A stretch of 14,347 nt of DNA from Candidatus Sumerlaeales bacterium (lineage in GTDB: Bacteria > Sumerlaeota > Sumerlaeia > Sumerlaeales > Sumerlaeaceae), in the NCBI GenBank assembly GCA_038243585.1, contig JBBSQY010000066.1, positions 1-14,347 on the forward strand, in the 5' to 3' direction. The notes under the pieces are model-generated. The model worked only from the letters and a program-made list of their open reading frames with translations, was not told the origin of the DNA and did no database searches. Each line of letters starts with the position of its first letter. Position 1 is the stretch's first letter. This document shows, one piece after another, positions 1 through 8,448 of this stretch. Made by a program: the position numbers and the translations under genes.

Positions 1-2066
1 CCGCCCACAGGCTTAGCTGCCGGCAATACAACTGGCGTTCGTACTCTGGACACGATGGGCGGGCCCACAGGTTCCGTCACTTCATCTTCCGACACGATCG
101 AAGCTGCCGCAGGCGTTTCTGAGGTCTGAGGCAACAGGGTATCCTGGGGATCTGCCGGCGTCACTGGTTCAGGAACTGGCAATATTCCGCCAGGACCCAT
201 GCCGCCTGCCGCCGGAGTTGGGGCTGCTCCGCCGCGAGGTGCGGTGGTAGGTAAATCAAGAATAGGAGTTGTCGTCGGAGTATCAACCAGCGACTCCAGG
301 CTACCAGGCGTAATCGCGGAAGGCCCCGGAATAACTTCCAGCCCAGGGGCAGGTTCCCCCTGTAAGGAAGGCACCTCAACCGGAGCTGTCTCGATAAGGC
401 TCTGTAAAGATCCCGTGCTGAAATCGTTCGTGTAAAAGTTGGGTTCTGTAGGCGGGGTTGTCAGCATCTGATAGGCTTCTTCAGTCCGCTCAATTGGGTC
501 ATAGACCAGGCTGGAACGCTCCTCGTCTAGCTCCACACGCTGTGCGACGACTACCGGCTCAGGTATTCCCGCGGCGCGGGCCAGCACCTGGTCAAGTTCA
601 ATACGTGTCTGCGCCGGAAGTGGCGCAGCGTTACTTGCCGTCATGGTCAGTTTGGTTACCCGCTTGAGAGCAAGCGGCGTAAACAGATCCGGGTTTTCGT
701 CCCAGAAGTTGCGTACAAGCTGCTCAGAAATCGGCAAATCCAGACGAAGCTGATCGATCCAGGCGTCGCGGCGAATAATATTGCCGGCTATCCAGCGGGC
801 GCGCTCCAATAATGGATCTTTCCCATGTCCCAGATCGTTGACGTCCTGGGCCATAGCTTCCCGTTCCAGTATGGTGCGCAGTTGCTTGTCAATCACGGTT
901 TTCCGGAGACGAAGGTCATTCCCTTCCACGTCCGGCCAGGCGCTTCGAAACTCGCCTTTAGAAACTTGGAAGTTACAGACTTCACCTAAAATTTCACAAT
1001 CTTCCAGCGAATCCCAAGCAAAGGTTTTTTCCACAATACGCCGGCGTTCCAGCAGCATATCGCGCATCATAATATCATAGGCGGAACGCAAAACCTGGCG
1101 AGATAAACCCTCCTCGACCAGCTTTGCCTGCTCCGGATCGGCCAGACTAGGTTCCTGCGGCTCGAGGACTTCAATAAGCTGGACCATGTAAAACCCGCGA
1201 GGACCACGAAAGACCGGACTTATGCCCCCCGGCTCCAGATTGGCAGCGGCGTTTTCAAACAAAAAGAACAGTTCCCCGTGCTGAAACGGCGGTATTTCTC
1301 CGCCATTGGACGCGCTGGGAGCCTGGCTTTGCGCCCGGGCCGCATCCGCAAAGTTGGTGGCGCCGGCAAGGATACTTGTGCGCAGCTCATCCATAGCCAC
1401 TTCTACGCGATCCTGTTCCTCCGAGGGAGAAGTTTCCGGGCTGGTCATGAAAATATAGCGGGCGCGCAACCGTTCCGGCTTAACTACCTGCGGCGTATGC
1501 TCCTGCAGGTATTTTACCCGGTCTGCCTCTGTAATAGTAACGGCGGGTCCTACTATGTTTTGAAGAAAAACTGTCTGCCAGACCGGCAGCGTGTAAACGT
1601 GGTGCTTAAAATCGTAAACAGAATCCGGCGGAGCCCCTGGCATTAAACGCGGAATGATGAAATTCGTGAAGACATACTCATCCACTTCGACCCGCAACGC
1701 CTTCGCCAGTGCTTCCCGGTCTTTTGGAATTTTTGTTTTTTTCAGGAGCTCAAACATATAAGCTTTGTTCGGGCTCTCCCGCAGAATCATCCACAAGTAG
1801 AGATCCCTGCTGCTTACGTTACCATAGCGCGTCTTCGCTACTACTTCGTCCGGATGGCCTGTCCAGCTCGACTCGAAAAGAGGGTGTTCCTGAGCGGTGA
1901 TTAGTACCCGCTCACTTCGGACGCCCAGCAGATTTTGCCGAATTCCCGCATTGCCGGGGGCCGGCAGCAGATTTCTTGACATCCGGCCAGCGGATTGACC
2001 AGTCAGGGGCGCACTAATGCCTGCAGCAACAAGCGTACAAAAACACACTCTTATGACGCGGCGCAT
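1..2066 (-). CDS. Large exported SurA/PrsA-like foldase with a PpiC (parvulin) domain; 3' end lies outside the window
   Basis: Translated by hand: the frame is open from ATG 2066 (alternative in-frame ATG 2102) to the window edge with no stop, so it is not in the ORF track. N-terminus MRRVIRVCFCTLVAAGISAPLTG is signal-like. Parvulin signature: PERLRARYIFMT...NFADAARAQSQAPSASNGGEIPPFQHGELFFLFENAAANLEPGGISPVFRGPRGFYMVQL. Pro/Thr/Glu-rich region at about 1-470. Confidence 0.85.
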   Translation of the reverse strand, partial: MRRVIRVCFCTLVAAGISAPLTGQSAGRMSRNLLPAPGNAGIRQNLLGVRSERVLITAQEHPLFESSWTGHPDEVVAKTRYGNVSSRDLYLWMILRESPNKAYMFELLKKTKIPKDREALAKALRVEVDEYVFTNFIIPRLMPGAPPDSVYDFKHHVYTLPVWQTVFLQNIVGPAVTITEADRVKYLQEHTPQVVKPERLRARYIFMTSPETSPSEEQDRVEVAMDELRTSILAGATNFADAARAQSQAPSASNGGEIPPFQHGELFFLFENAAANLEPGGISPVFRGPRGFYMVQLIEVLEPQEPSLADPEQAKLVEEGLSRQVLRSAYDIMMRDMLLERRRIVEKTFAWDSLEDCEILGEVCNFQVSKGEFRSAWPDVEGNDLRLRKTVIDKQLRTILEREAMAQDVNDLGHGKDPLLERARWIAGNIIRRDAWIDQLRLDLPISEQLVRNFWDENPDLFTPLALKRVTKLTMTASNAAPLPAQTRIELDQVLARAAGIPEPVVVAQRVELDEERSSLVYDPIERTEEAYQMLTTPPTEPNFYTNDFSTGSLQSLIETAPVEVPSLQGEPAPGLEVIPGPSAITPGSLESLVDTPTTTPILDLPTTAPRGGAAPTPAAGGMGPGGILPVPEPVTPADPQDTLLPQTSETPAAASIVSEDEVTEPVGPPIVSRVRTPVVLPAAKPVG

Positions 2067-2130
2067 ATACACAGGATAGATTTCAGGTTTAAGAAAAAGC
2101 ATGGGTTCCAACTATGAAAAGTGTTTTTAT

Positions 2131-2273
2131 GTAGTCGGTAAGGATTGTGGGTCGCAACAGAAAAAGCTTAAATTAACATAGCTGGGGCGCAACTCAGCAA
2201 AATGATGGCGCTTTTCGCGAGCGACCCCGATCCGAGCCGCAGTCGGCAGCTCAGCAAGCCATCCATTACCTAC
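2131..2273. repeat. Structured intergenic element, copy 1 (nested inverted repeats, bounded by GTAG...CTAC)
   Basis: Closing stem GGTAAGGAT (2137) / ATCCATTACC (2261-2270); inner stem GGGTCGC (2149) / GCGACCC (2221); hairpin CCGAGCCGC-AGTCG-GCAGCTCAG. Shares GGTAAGGATTG and CTCRGCRAGCYA with 2563-2612. Confidence 0.45.
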
Positions 2274-2562
2274 TAAAAAGACCTTTGAGGTTAATCGGCG
2301 GATTCTTATATGGGATATGGCCGAGCGGCGATTTGCTGTTTTTGAGGTTTTTATGCCCCTCATGCCCGTGGGTGTTGGCTGAGAGAAGTTTTTTGCACGG
2401 TTTTATTGATTTTATATTTTAATGGTCTAAAGTTCATGAGAGAGCGTTCCGGGGACGTGGTCATTGTAATTGTTCTCCGTTTCTGGAATGGTTGCATTTA
2501 GGGGAAACAATAGGTGACGAAATGGAGAAGGAAATTCCCGCATGGGTACTTAAATGAGATTT

Positions 2563-2612
2563 GGTAAGGATTGGAGAGCGGCGAGCGGACGACTCGGCGA
2601 GCTACTCCTACC
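2563..2612. repeat. Structured intergenic element, copy 2 (short form)
   Basis: GGTAAGGATTG...CGAG-CGGACGA-CTCG-GCGAGCTA-CTCCTACC; the ends pair (GGTAAGGA/TCCTACC with one bulge). Lies 33 nt downstream of the nadB stop. Confidence 0.4.
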
Positions 2613-2645
2613 GGCTGCTGAAGCGCGCAATAAGTCGGTTGCCTG

Positions 2646-4235
2646 TCAGTCAATCCGGTAATGCCCGCCCTTGCTCTGGCGGTTTTCCAGTGCGGCAAAC
2701 AATACGGCCAATGAAGCCTGGCAGCCGTTGCGCATGCCGATTATCTCGTCGCTCAATTGCGCCCGTTCATAAAAATACTCAATTTCTGTCTGCAACTCCC
2801 GCAGGATCGCCCTTGCCCGCTTAAGCCGCTTTGCGGACCGCACCAGTCCCACATAATTCCACATTGTGTATTTAATGCTAAGCCAATCCTGCATGATAAG
2901 CGCGGGATCCGCAGGTTCAGATTCGTAACGCCAGGGGGCAATTTCCGGCATGTAGTAGGATTTGCCACCATTGGCAGCCTTCTCGTGCGCAATAGATCTA
3001 GCTGCTTCAACGCCCCACACCAAACCCTCGAGGAGGCTTGTGCTTGCCAGTCGGTTTGCCCCATGAACCCCGGTGCATGCGACCTCGCCTGCGGCCCTCA
3101 GCCTTTTCATGTTTGTTCGGCCCTGCAGATCAACCGCAATACCGCCGCATGCATAATGAGCCGCTGGCACTACCGGGATCGGTTGTGTCGTCATATCTAT
3201 GCTCACGCTCATGCATTTTTCATAAATCGTCGGGAACCGTTTCCGGATCCAGTCCGCCGGTTTATGGGTGATGTCCAGGTAAACGCAGGGTTCCTGATTT
3301 TTAAGCATTTCCATATGAATGGCTCGCGCCACCACGTCGCGAGGCGCCAGGGATTTTTTGGGGTGATAACGGTCCATAAACTGATCACCGTCCGCGCCCA
3401 CCAGCACGCCCCCTTCGCCGCGGATGGCTTCGCTGATGAGGAAGCTCGGCTGATAATGTCGCGCCGGACCGGCAACCGGCAGATATAAAGCGGTAGGGTG
3501 AAACTGAATGTACTCCAGGTTTAACAGGCGCACGCCCGCGCGATAGGCCATGGCAATTCCATCGCCCCGGGCGCTGCGTGGGTTTGTCGTGTGAAGATAA
3601 AGCTGTCCCAAACCTCCTGTTGCCAACAGGGTTTCGTCAGCCATAAACGGCACAACTGTAGCCGAGTCCTGCATCAGCGCATGGACGCCCACGCAGGTTA
3701 AATCCCCATAAACATCCTGCGGATCGATACTATTGTGGGAAAGCGTCAGCAAATCCACGGCCGTAGCCCCGGTAACCAGTTTAATGTTGGGCACCGTTTT
3801 CAGGTATCTGACCAGATATTCTTCTATGGCCTTGCCAGTCATATCGGCCACATGCACTATTCGGCGGGTACTATGGGCGGCCTCTTCGGTTATATCCAGT
3901 TCAGCATTCGCGTCGCGATCAAAAGGCACCCCCACCTTTTTCATCAGAAATTCTTCGACGTAGCTCGGTCCCAATTCCGCCAGTTGTCTGATGGCGTCTT
4001 TTCGGCCAAGCTCGGCGCCCGCCCGGAAAATATCATCCTCCAGGAGATCAACCGAGTCATTTTCGCCGCGGTAGATAATGCCACCCTGCGCCCAACTGGT
4101 CGCCGTTGCATCGCGGGGATCGGAGCTTCTGGTCAGCATGGTTACCGACAGACCGCTCTCCGCGGCAACAAGTGCGGCGGCGCAGCCGGCAATGCCGCAG
4201 CCTATAATTAATAAATCAGATTTTTCAGGAATCAC
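2646..4235 (-). CDS. nadB: L-aspartate oxidase (de novo NAD biosynthesis)
   Basis: 529 aa, GTG start. FAD-binding IIGCGIAG, WAQGGI, EAAHSTRRIVH, QFHPT, SEAIRGEG, LAPRDVVARAI, HYACGG, GVHGANRLASTSLLEG. Lacks the longer C-terminus and neighbouring Fe-S subunit gene expected of SdhA/FrdA. Confidence 0.95.
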   Translation of the reverse strand: MIPEKSDLLIIGCGIAGCAAALVAAESGLSVTMLTRSSDPRDATATSWAQGGIIYRGENDSVDLLEDDIFRAGAELGRKDAIRQLAELGPSYVEEFLMKKVGVPFDRDANAELDITEEAAHSTRRIVHVADMTGKAIEEYLVRYLKTVPNIKLVTGATAVDLLTLSHNSIDPQDVYGDLTCVGVHALMQDSATVVPFMADETLLATGGLGQLYLHTTNPRSARGDGIAMAYRAGVRLLNLEYIQFHPTALYLPVAGPARHYQPSFLISEAIRGEGGVLVGADGDQFMDRYHPKKSLAPRDVVARAIHMEMLKNQEPCVYLDITHKPADWIRKRFPTIYEKCMSVSIDMTTQPIPVVPAAHYACGGIAVDLQGRTNMKRLRAAGEVACTGVHGANRLASTSLLEGLVWGVEAARSIAHEKAANGGKSYYMPEIAPWRYESEPADPALIMQDWLSIKYTMWNYVGLVRSAKRLKRARAILRELQTEIEYFYERAQLSDEIIGMRNGCQASLAVLFAALENRQSKGGHYRID

Positions 4236-4370
4236 AGCAGTGAAACTTTACGGTAGAAGTACAAACACAAGAGAAAATAGCGCTGTTGTGACCACGAGCA
4301 TGCAACTCGTCGTTTTCTTTTGTCTCGGTTGTCTCTTGCGCCGTAGCTTTTCTTGAGTCCTTCTGCATTG

Positions 4371-7300
4371 TTATTTAACGACTGGATCAGTCTGCACCGC
4401 CACCGTATAGTCTTTAATATCATGCCCCGCACCAACCTCAATGGCGTCCACCGGTATAACGTTTCTCCCCGGCCCTCCAGCCCAGATGCGGTGCGTGCCG
4501 GGTTGGAGGTACGGAAATGAGAAGCTTCCTGCCGCGTTAGTGGAAACCATCAACCGGAGCAGATTCTGCACGCTTCCCGGCACAATGACTCCAGTCACGT
4601 CTACCACGATTTGTACCCGGGCACCGCGGACGGCGCCTCCCCCGCTAACATCCAGGGCTTTTCCTTGCATGGTCGCGGAAATACCGCTCACGTTTTCGGT
4701 ATTGCGACCACGGTTGATATCCACCCATTTCCAAAAAGCAAAATTGCCTCGGGTACCTTTCCCGCTTACAATTGTAAAGTAACGTCCCGGCGGGATTCCG
4801 GTCATGCTATAGTTCCCGTTGGAAATGGAATCAGAATAGGAAATATCGTCCATGACCGTGCCCGTTTCATCCACCACGTAAAACTTAACAAGCCCGGACG
4901 TAGCCACACCCCCAGGCAAAGAAACGCGTCCTCTCACATCGGCCGACGTCTCAAGCACAAATTCCACCAGTGATGTCTCGTCGGCCCGGACAGCCAGTTT
5001 TTTCCAGGCATACACTTTTCGCCCGTTTAAGGTGGCCAGAACAGTTACTGGCCAGTCTCCGAAGGCAATCCCCCGCAATACGAAGTTACCCGCCACATCC
5101 GTGCGGGTGCGGTTGCGACCCTGCAGCTCGCCCTTTATCTGGACAGACGTGTTAGTAATGCCGTTGCCTTCGATATCCACCACCCGCCCTCGCACGGTTC
5201 CGCCAGGCTCCAGTTGAATCCGCCCAAGGTCTGACTCCCCGTCTCGCGTCACCTTTATATTGCGAATGCGTTTAGGTCGGAAAGACGGGTGCTCAATTTC
5301 AATCGTATAGTTGCCAGTGGCAAGGTCATTAATGTCAAACTTTCCGTAAACATTGGTGTTTCGGGTGGCTACCACATTTGCCCGCACCTTGGCAACCAGG
5401 CGGGTGGCTGGGTCTGGATCGTATTTAAAATCATCATCGTATGCTGAGTCCAGATACTCTAATATATCGGAACGCTCATAACCCGCCAACTCGACTCTGT
5501 TAACCGTTTCCACTTCTTTTTTTCCGTCGTCCAACACGCGAACCAGCGCGCCCTGCACGGGCTTTGCAGTTTTAGAACTGACTACGGTCCCCAGTATCTG
5601 GCCGGCGATACTCATGCGAATTGTTGGCAGACGCGTATTGTTCCCCGGTCCCACGACCACCTCATCGCTCTCCCAGGTATCGTAGCCATCTGCTTTAACT
5701 TTTAAGGTGTAAAGTCCTCTGGGTACCTTTAATATCCGGAAATCGCCGTTGGCGGCGTTGTATATTCTCTCCAGGTTAAACCGAAATAGTTGTTTCGGCT
5801 TAGTGTCCAGGCGAGTCCGCAGGATCAGGGTAAATTTATCGACGCCTTTTCCTTCCCGGCCGATAATTCTGCCATAGGCGGCCGGTGCAATATCGCAGTC
5901 GATAGGAACGCGGACCGCGCCGAGAGGCACTTCTGGTTCAGTAAAGGTATAAGCCTGTTTACCGTCCGGCGTATCCAGCGTGAAAGAGGCGTCCAGTCGA
6001 AAACTGCCAGTGCCCAAACCGTCCAGACGAAACTCTCCTTTTTTATCAGTCGTCGCCGTGCCAGATCCGACAGACTTCGGCAGTGGCGCGGCGGCCACAT
6101 GGGCGTCAGCTATGGGATTCCCTCTAAAATCTGCCACCAACCCCTGTATACTGCGTGATAATTGCATCTTGAAATTCTGCCGGCTCAACAGGCGCCCCTC
6201 CAGAACCGTGCAAGATTTGATCTGCCGTACGTAATCATCCCGTTCAGCGACCAGCAACGCCCGACCCGGCGAGCAACGTTCTATCAGATAATTTCCGGCG
6301 GAGTCGGTGAAGGTAAAGATCTCCGACGGACTGGGATCTCCAGAGAATTCGCGGCTGTCGAAGGTTATCTTAACGCCATAAAGTGCCCCACCCGTCGTAT
6401 CGGTCACTTTTCCGGATACCACACCTCCCGGCGTCATTATCACCTGCGTGGCAACCTCCGGCTGATCGGGCGACAGTTCCACGATATCGCTATGGTTTTT
6501 GGCAAAGCCATCCTTGCGCGCACTGACATAAATGGAAAGTCGCTGTCCTATGGGAAAATCCCGGAATTCAAAGAAGCCTCCGCCATCGGTCGTCATCTGG
6601 AGATCTTTTACATTCAGGCCGCTGAACGATCCGCTGGCAACATAAAGCTGTACCTCGGCCTCGCCAACGCCCTGTCCATCTGCTGTAATCACCTGACCCT
6701 TTACCGTGCCGCCTTTACTTAAAAAAACTTCATGATCGTCCAATGGGGTGTCTGGCGCAACAGAGACTGTATAATCGTCGACATTACCGCTGGTGGGCAG
6801 ATAGCCTTCTGCGCGGGCTGTAACCTGGTGAGTGCCGCCGGGTAGATTATCAAATGTAAACGCGCCCTTTTCGTCCGCCGCCCGGCTTAGTTGCCGAACC
6901 CGTTGAGTGCCGTATCCATAGTTAGCCTTTACCATGACGTCCGCGCCGGGAATTTCATCGCCCGAAGCAGCGTCTATTACCCGCCCGGCTAGCAGACAAG
7001 CCTCGTATATCTCCAGCAAATTGCCCGTAGACGGTCTGTCCCGCGTGCTTGTGACCTTCCCTCTAGGCTCATTTACAAAATTATTGTAATCGACAGACAG
7101 CTCGTAACTGCCATAGGGCAAACGGCCTATCTTGAAATCGCCGGAAACCAGGCTCATGGATGACCGGGTAATGGTGGTCGCGTTCACCACCGCCGTCGCC
7201 TTAACCAGCACATGGGCCGCTGTTGACGGTCGATCAAGAAACGCCACCCGCCCGCTCACCTCGCCGCCCCGATCTAACACCATGGCCAGCCCATCGGTAT

Positions 7301-8345
7301 CGGCCGTTACATGATAATTTTCCATCACCGCGTAAGCAGGGTGGTCAAAACGCAGATGATAATAGCCATTGGTATAAAGCTTCTTAAGCTCAAACTGACC
7401 CTCAGCATCCGTTGTCGTTTTGAACCCGGATGCAGGCAGATCGCTGGCGCTTGAGCCGAACGGTTGGAAGCTGACGGCGGTGACTTTCACATCTGTGACA
7501 GGCGCCATGTTTTCATCAGAAACCTTACCGCTGATATGGGCGGGGCGCTTTAGCACAAACTTGAGCGGCGCGGCAAGCCCCCCGGCGGGCACCTCCACGC
7601 GCGTCTCCGCAGGAGCATATCCTGGCTGAGACGCCGCAAAGGTATTATTTCCAATGGAAACATCTTCCACCTGAAACGCGCCTTTGGCGTCTGCGAGAAT
7701 GGTCGGGTATGCGGCATCGTCCAGGAACACGCCCCCCGTTCCCGCAAACTGCTGTAGCCAGTTCCTCTGGCCGGAAATAGCAGCCCCGGTTACCGGCTTA
7801 CCTTCTTCGTCGACCACTGACCCTTTCACCAAAACCCTTGTCTGCAAAATAACGCTTAGGGAAAACCCCCGCGTTGAGCTATATACCCGCTGTCCCGTGC
7901 GCGCTTCTGTTGAGTATTTGCCGTGGGTAAAGGCCAGTTGATAATCTCCCACCGGAAGTTTCGTCTCAATACGGCCATGAGAATTCGTCCGCTGAGTGAC
8001 GACGGCACCGCCGGTCGTTGGCTTGAAAGTGACGGCAACTTCTCGAATAGGCTGGCTTCGATTATCAAAAACCTGGACAGATACCGGGCCAATAACCTTC
8101 GTCGTCTCCGTCGAACCAGATTTTTTGCCTTTTGGCTTTGTCTTCGGTCGAGCCTGGTTGAATACGTTCGCCGCCTGGATTATCCGCGCAGAAACCGCAG
8201 ATTGCCACCGACCGATTAAAGTCTGACCAGGGGATTTTTTGAACTCGGGAGACGTGATTACCCAACCGGAAAACAGCGTAACCAGCAGAACAATCAGCGC
8301 CAGGAACGACCACATCTTTCCCGGTTTAGAGACAGAACGCCTCAT
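4371..8345 (-). CDS. Membrane-anchored or secreted protein made of about 13 carboxypeptidase-regulatory-like (CarboxypepD_reg) beta-sandwich repeats
   Basis: 1324 aa. N-terminal hydrophobic helix WSFLALIVLLVTLFSGWVI. Recurring unit of roughly 95 aa: (I/V)xGxVxD..G.P(V/I)..A.V ... T(D/N)..G.F.(I/L)..(L/V)..G.Y.(L/V)....GY. No catalytic domain recognised. Confidence 0.88.
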   Translation of the reverse strand: MRRSVSKPGKMWSFLALIVLLVTLFSGWVITSPEFKKSPGQTLIGRWQSAVSARIIQAANVFNQARPKTKPKGKKSGSTETTKVIGPVSVQVFDNRSQPIREVAVTFKPTTGGAVVTQRTNSHGRIETKLPVGDYQLAFTHGKYSTEARTGQRVYSSTRGFSLSVILQTRVLVKGSVVDEEGKPVTGAAISGQRNWLQQFAGTGGVFLDDAAYPTILADAKGAFQVEDVSIGNNTFAASQPGYAPAETRVEVPAGGLAAPLKFVLKRPAHISGKVSDENMAPVTDVKVTAVSFQPFGSSASDLPASGFKTTTDAEGQFELKKLYTNGYYHLRFDHPAYAVMENYHVTADTDGLAMVLDRGGEVSGRVAFLDRPSTAAHVLVKATAVVNATTITRSSMSLVSGDFKIGRLPYGSYELSVDYNNFVNEPRGKVTSTRDRPSTGNLLEIYEACLLAGRVIDAASGDEIPGADVMVKANYGYGTQRVRQLSRAADEKGAFTFDNLPGGTHQVTARAEGYLPTSGNVDDYTVSVAPDTPLDDHEVFLSKGGTVKGQVITADGQGVGEAEVQLYVASGSFSGLNVKDLQMTTDGGGFFEFRDFPIGQRLSIYVSARKDGFAKNHSDIVELSPDQPEVATQVIMTPGGVVSGKVTDTTGGALYGVKITFDSREFSGDPSPSEIFTFTDSAGNYLIERCSPGRALLVAERDDYVRQIKSCTVLEGRLLSRQNFKMQLSRSIQGLVADFRGNPIADAHVAAAPLPKSVGSGTATTDKKGEFRLDGLGTGSFRLDASFTLDTPDGKQAYTFTEPEVPLGAVRVPIDCDIAPAAYGRIIGREGKGVDKFTLILRTRLDTKPKQLFRFNLERIYNAANGDFRILKVPRGLYTLKVKADGYDTWESDEVVVGPGNNTRLPTIRMSIAGQILGTVVSSKTAKPVQGALVRVLDDGKKEVETVNRVELAGYERSDILEYLDSAYDDDFKYDPDPATRLVAKVRANVVATRNTNVYGKFDINDLATGNYTIEIEHPSFRPKRIRNIKVTRDGESDLGRIQLEPGGTVRGRVVDIEGNGITNTSVQIKGELQGRNRTRTDVAGNFVLRGIAFGDWPVTVLATLNGRKVYAWKKLAVRADETSLVEFVLETSADVRGRVSLPGGVATSGLVKFYVVDETGTVMDDISYSDSISNGNYSMTGIPPGRYFTIVSGKGTRGNFAFWKWVDINRGRNTENVSGISATMQGKALDVSGGGAVRGARVQIVVDVTGVIVPGSVQNLLRLMVSTNAAGSFSFPYLQPGTHRIWAGGPGRNVIPVDAIEVGAGHDIKDYTVAVQTDPVVK

Positions 8346-8448
8346 TTCAGTCCGCGCCCATCATGGAATGATTTGTATGAGATAACAAAACACGTCGGTA
8401 CAAACTAGCGACTAATAATTCGGAAGCGGGTGCGTTTCCTGATCGCTT

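Noticed and set aside
2127..2363. 78-aa minus-strand ORF (also ORFs 2498-2698 and 2561-2824)
   Set aside because: No recognisable domain, no clear ribosome-binding site, atypical composition, and overlap with the structured elements or nadB.
2365..2390. GGGTGTTGGCTGAGAG resembling the 5' half of a TPP riboswitch
   Set aside because: The CCUGAU...UAAU...CAGCGUAGGGA half is missing and no plus-strand gene lies downstream.
2595..2612. GGAGUAGC on the minus strand, resembling the yybP-ykoY (Mn2+) riboswitch 5' motif
   Set aside because: No downstream GGCGAGACC-type 3' half or CGUCAACAU-like loop, and no transporter gene follows.
2757..3488. Long antisense ORFs (2757-3488, 3735-4211, 6162-6722, 9042-9683, 11367-11825 and similar)
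   Set aside because: They lie opposite well-supported genes and have no motifs, as expected for shadow frames.
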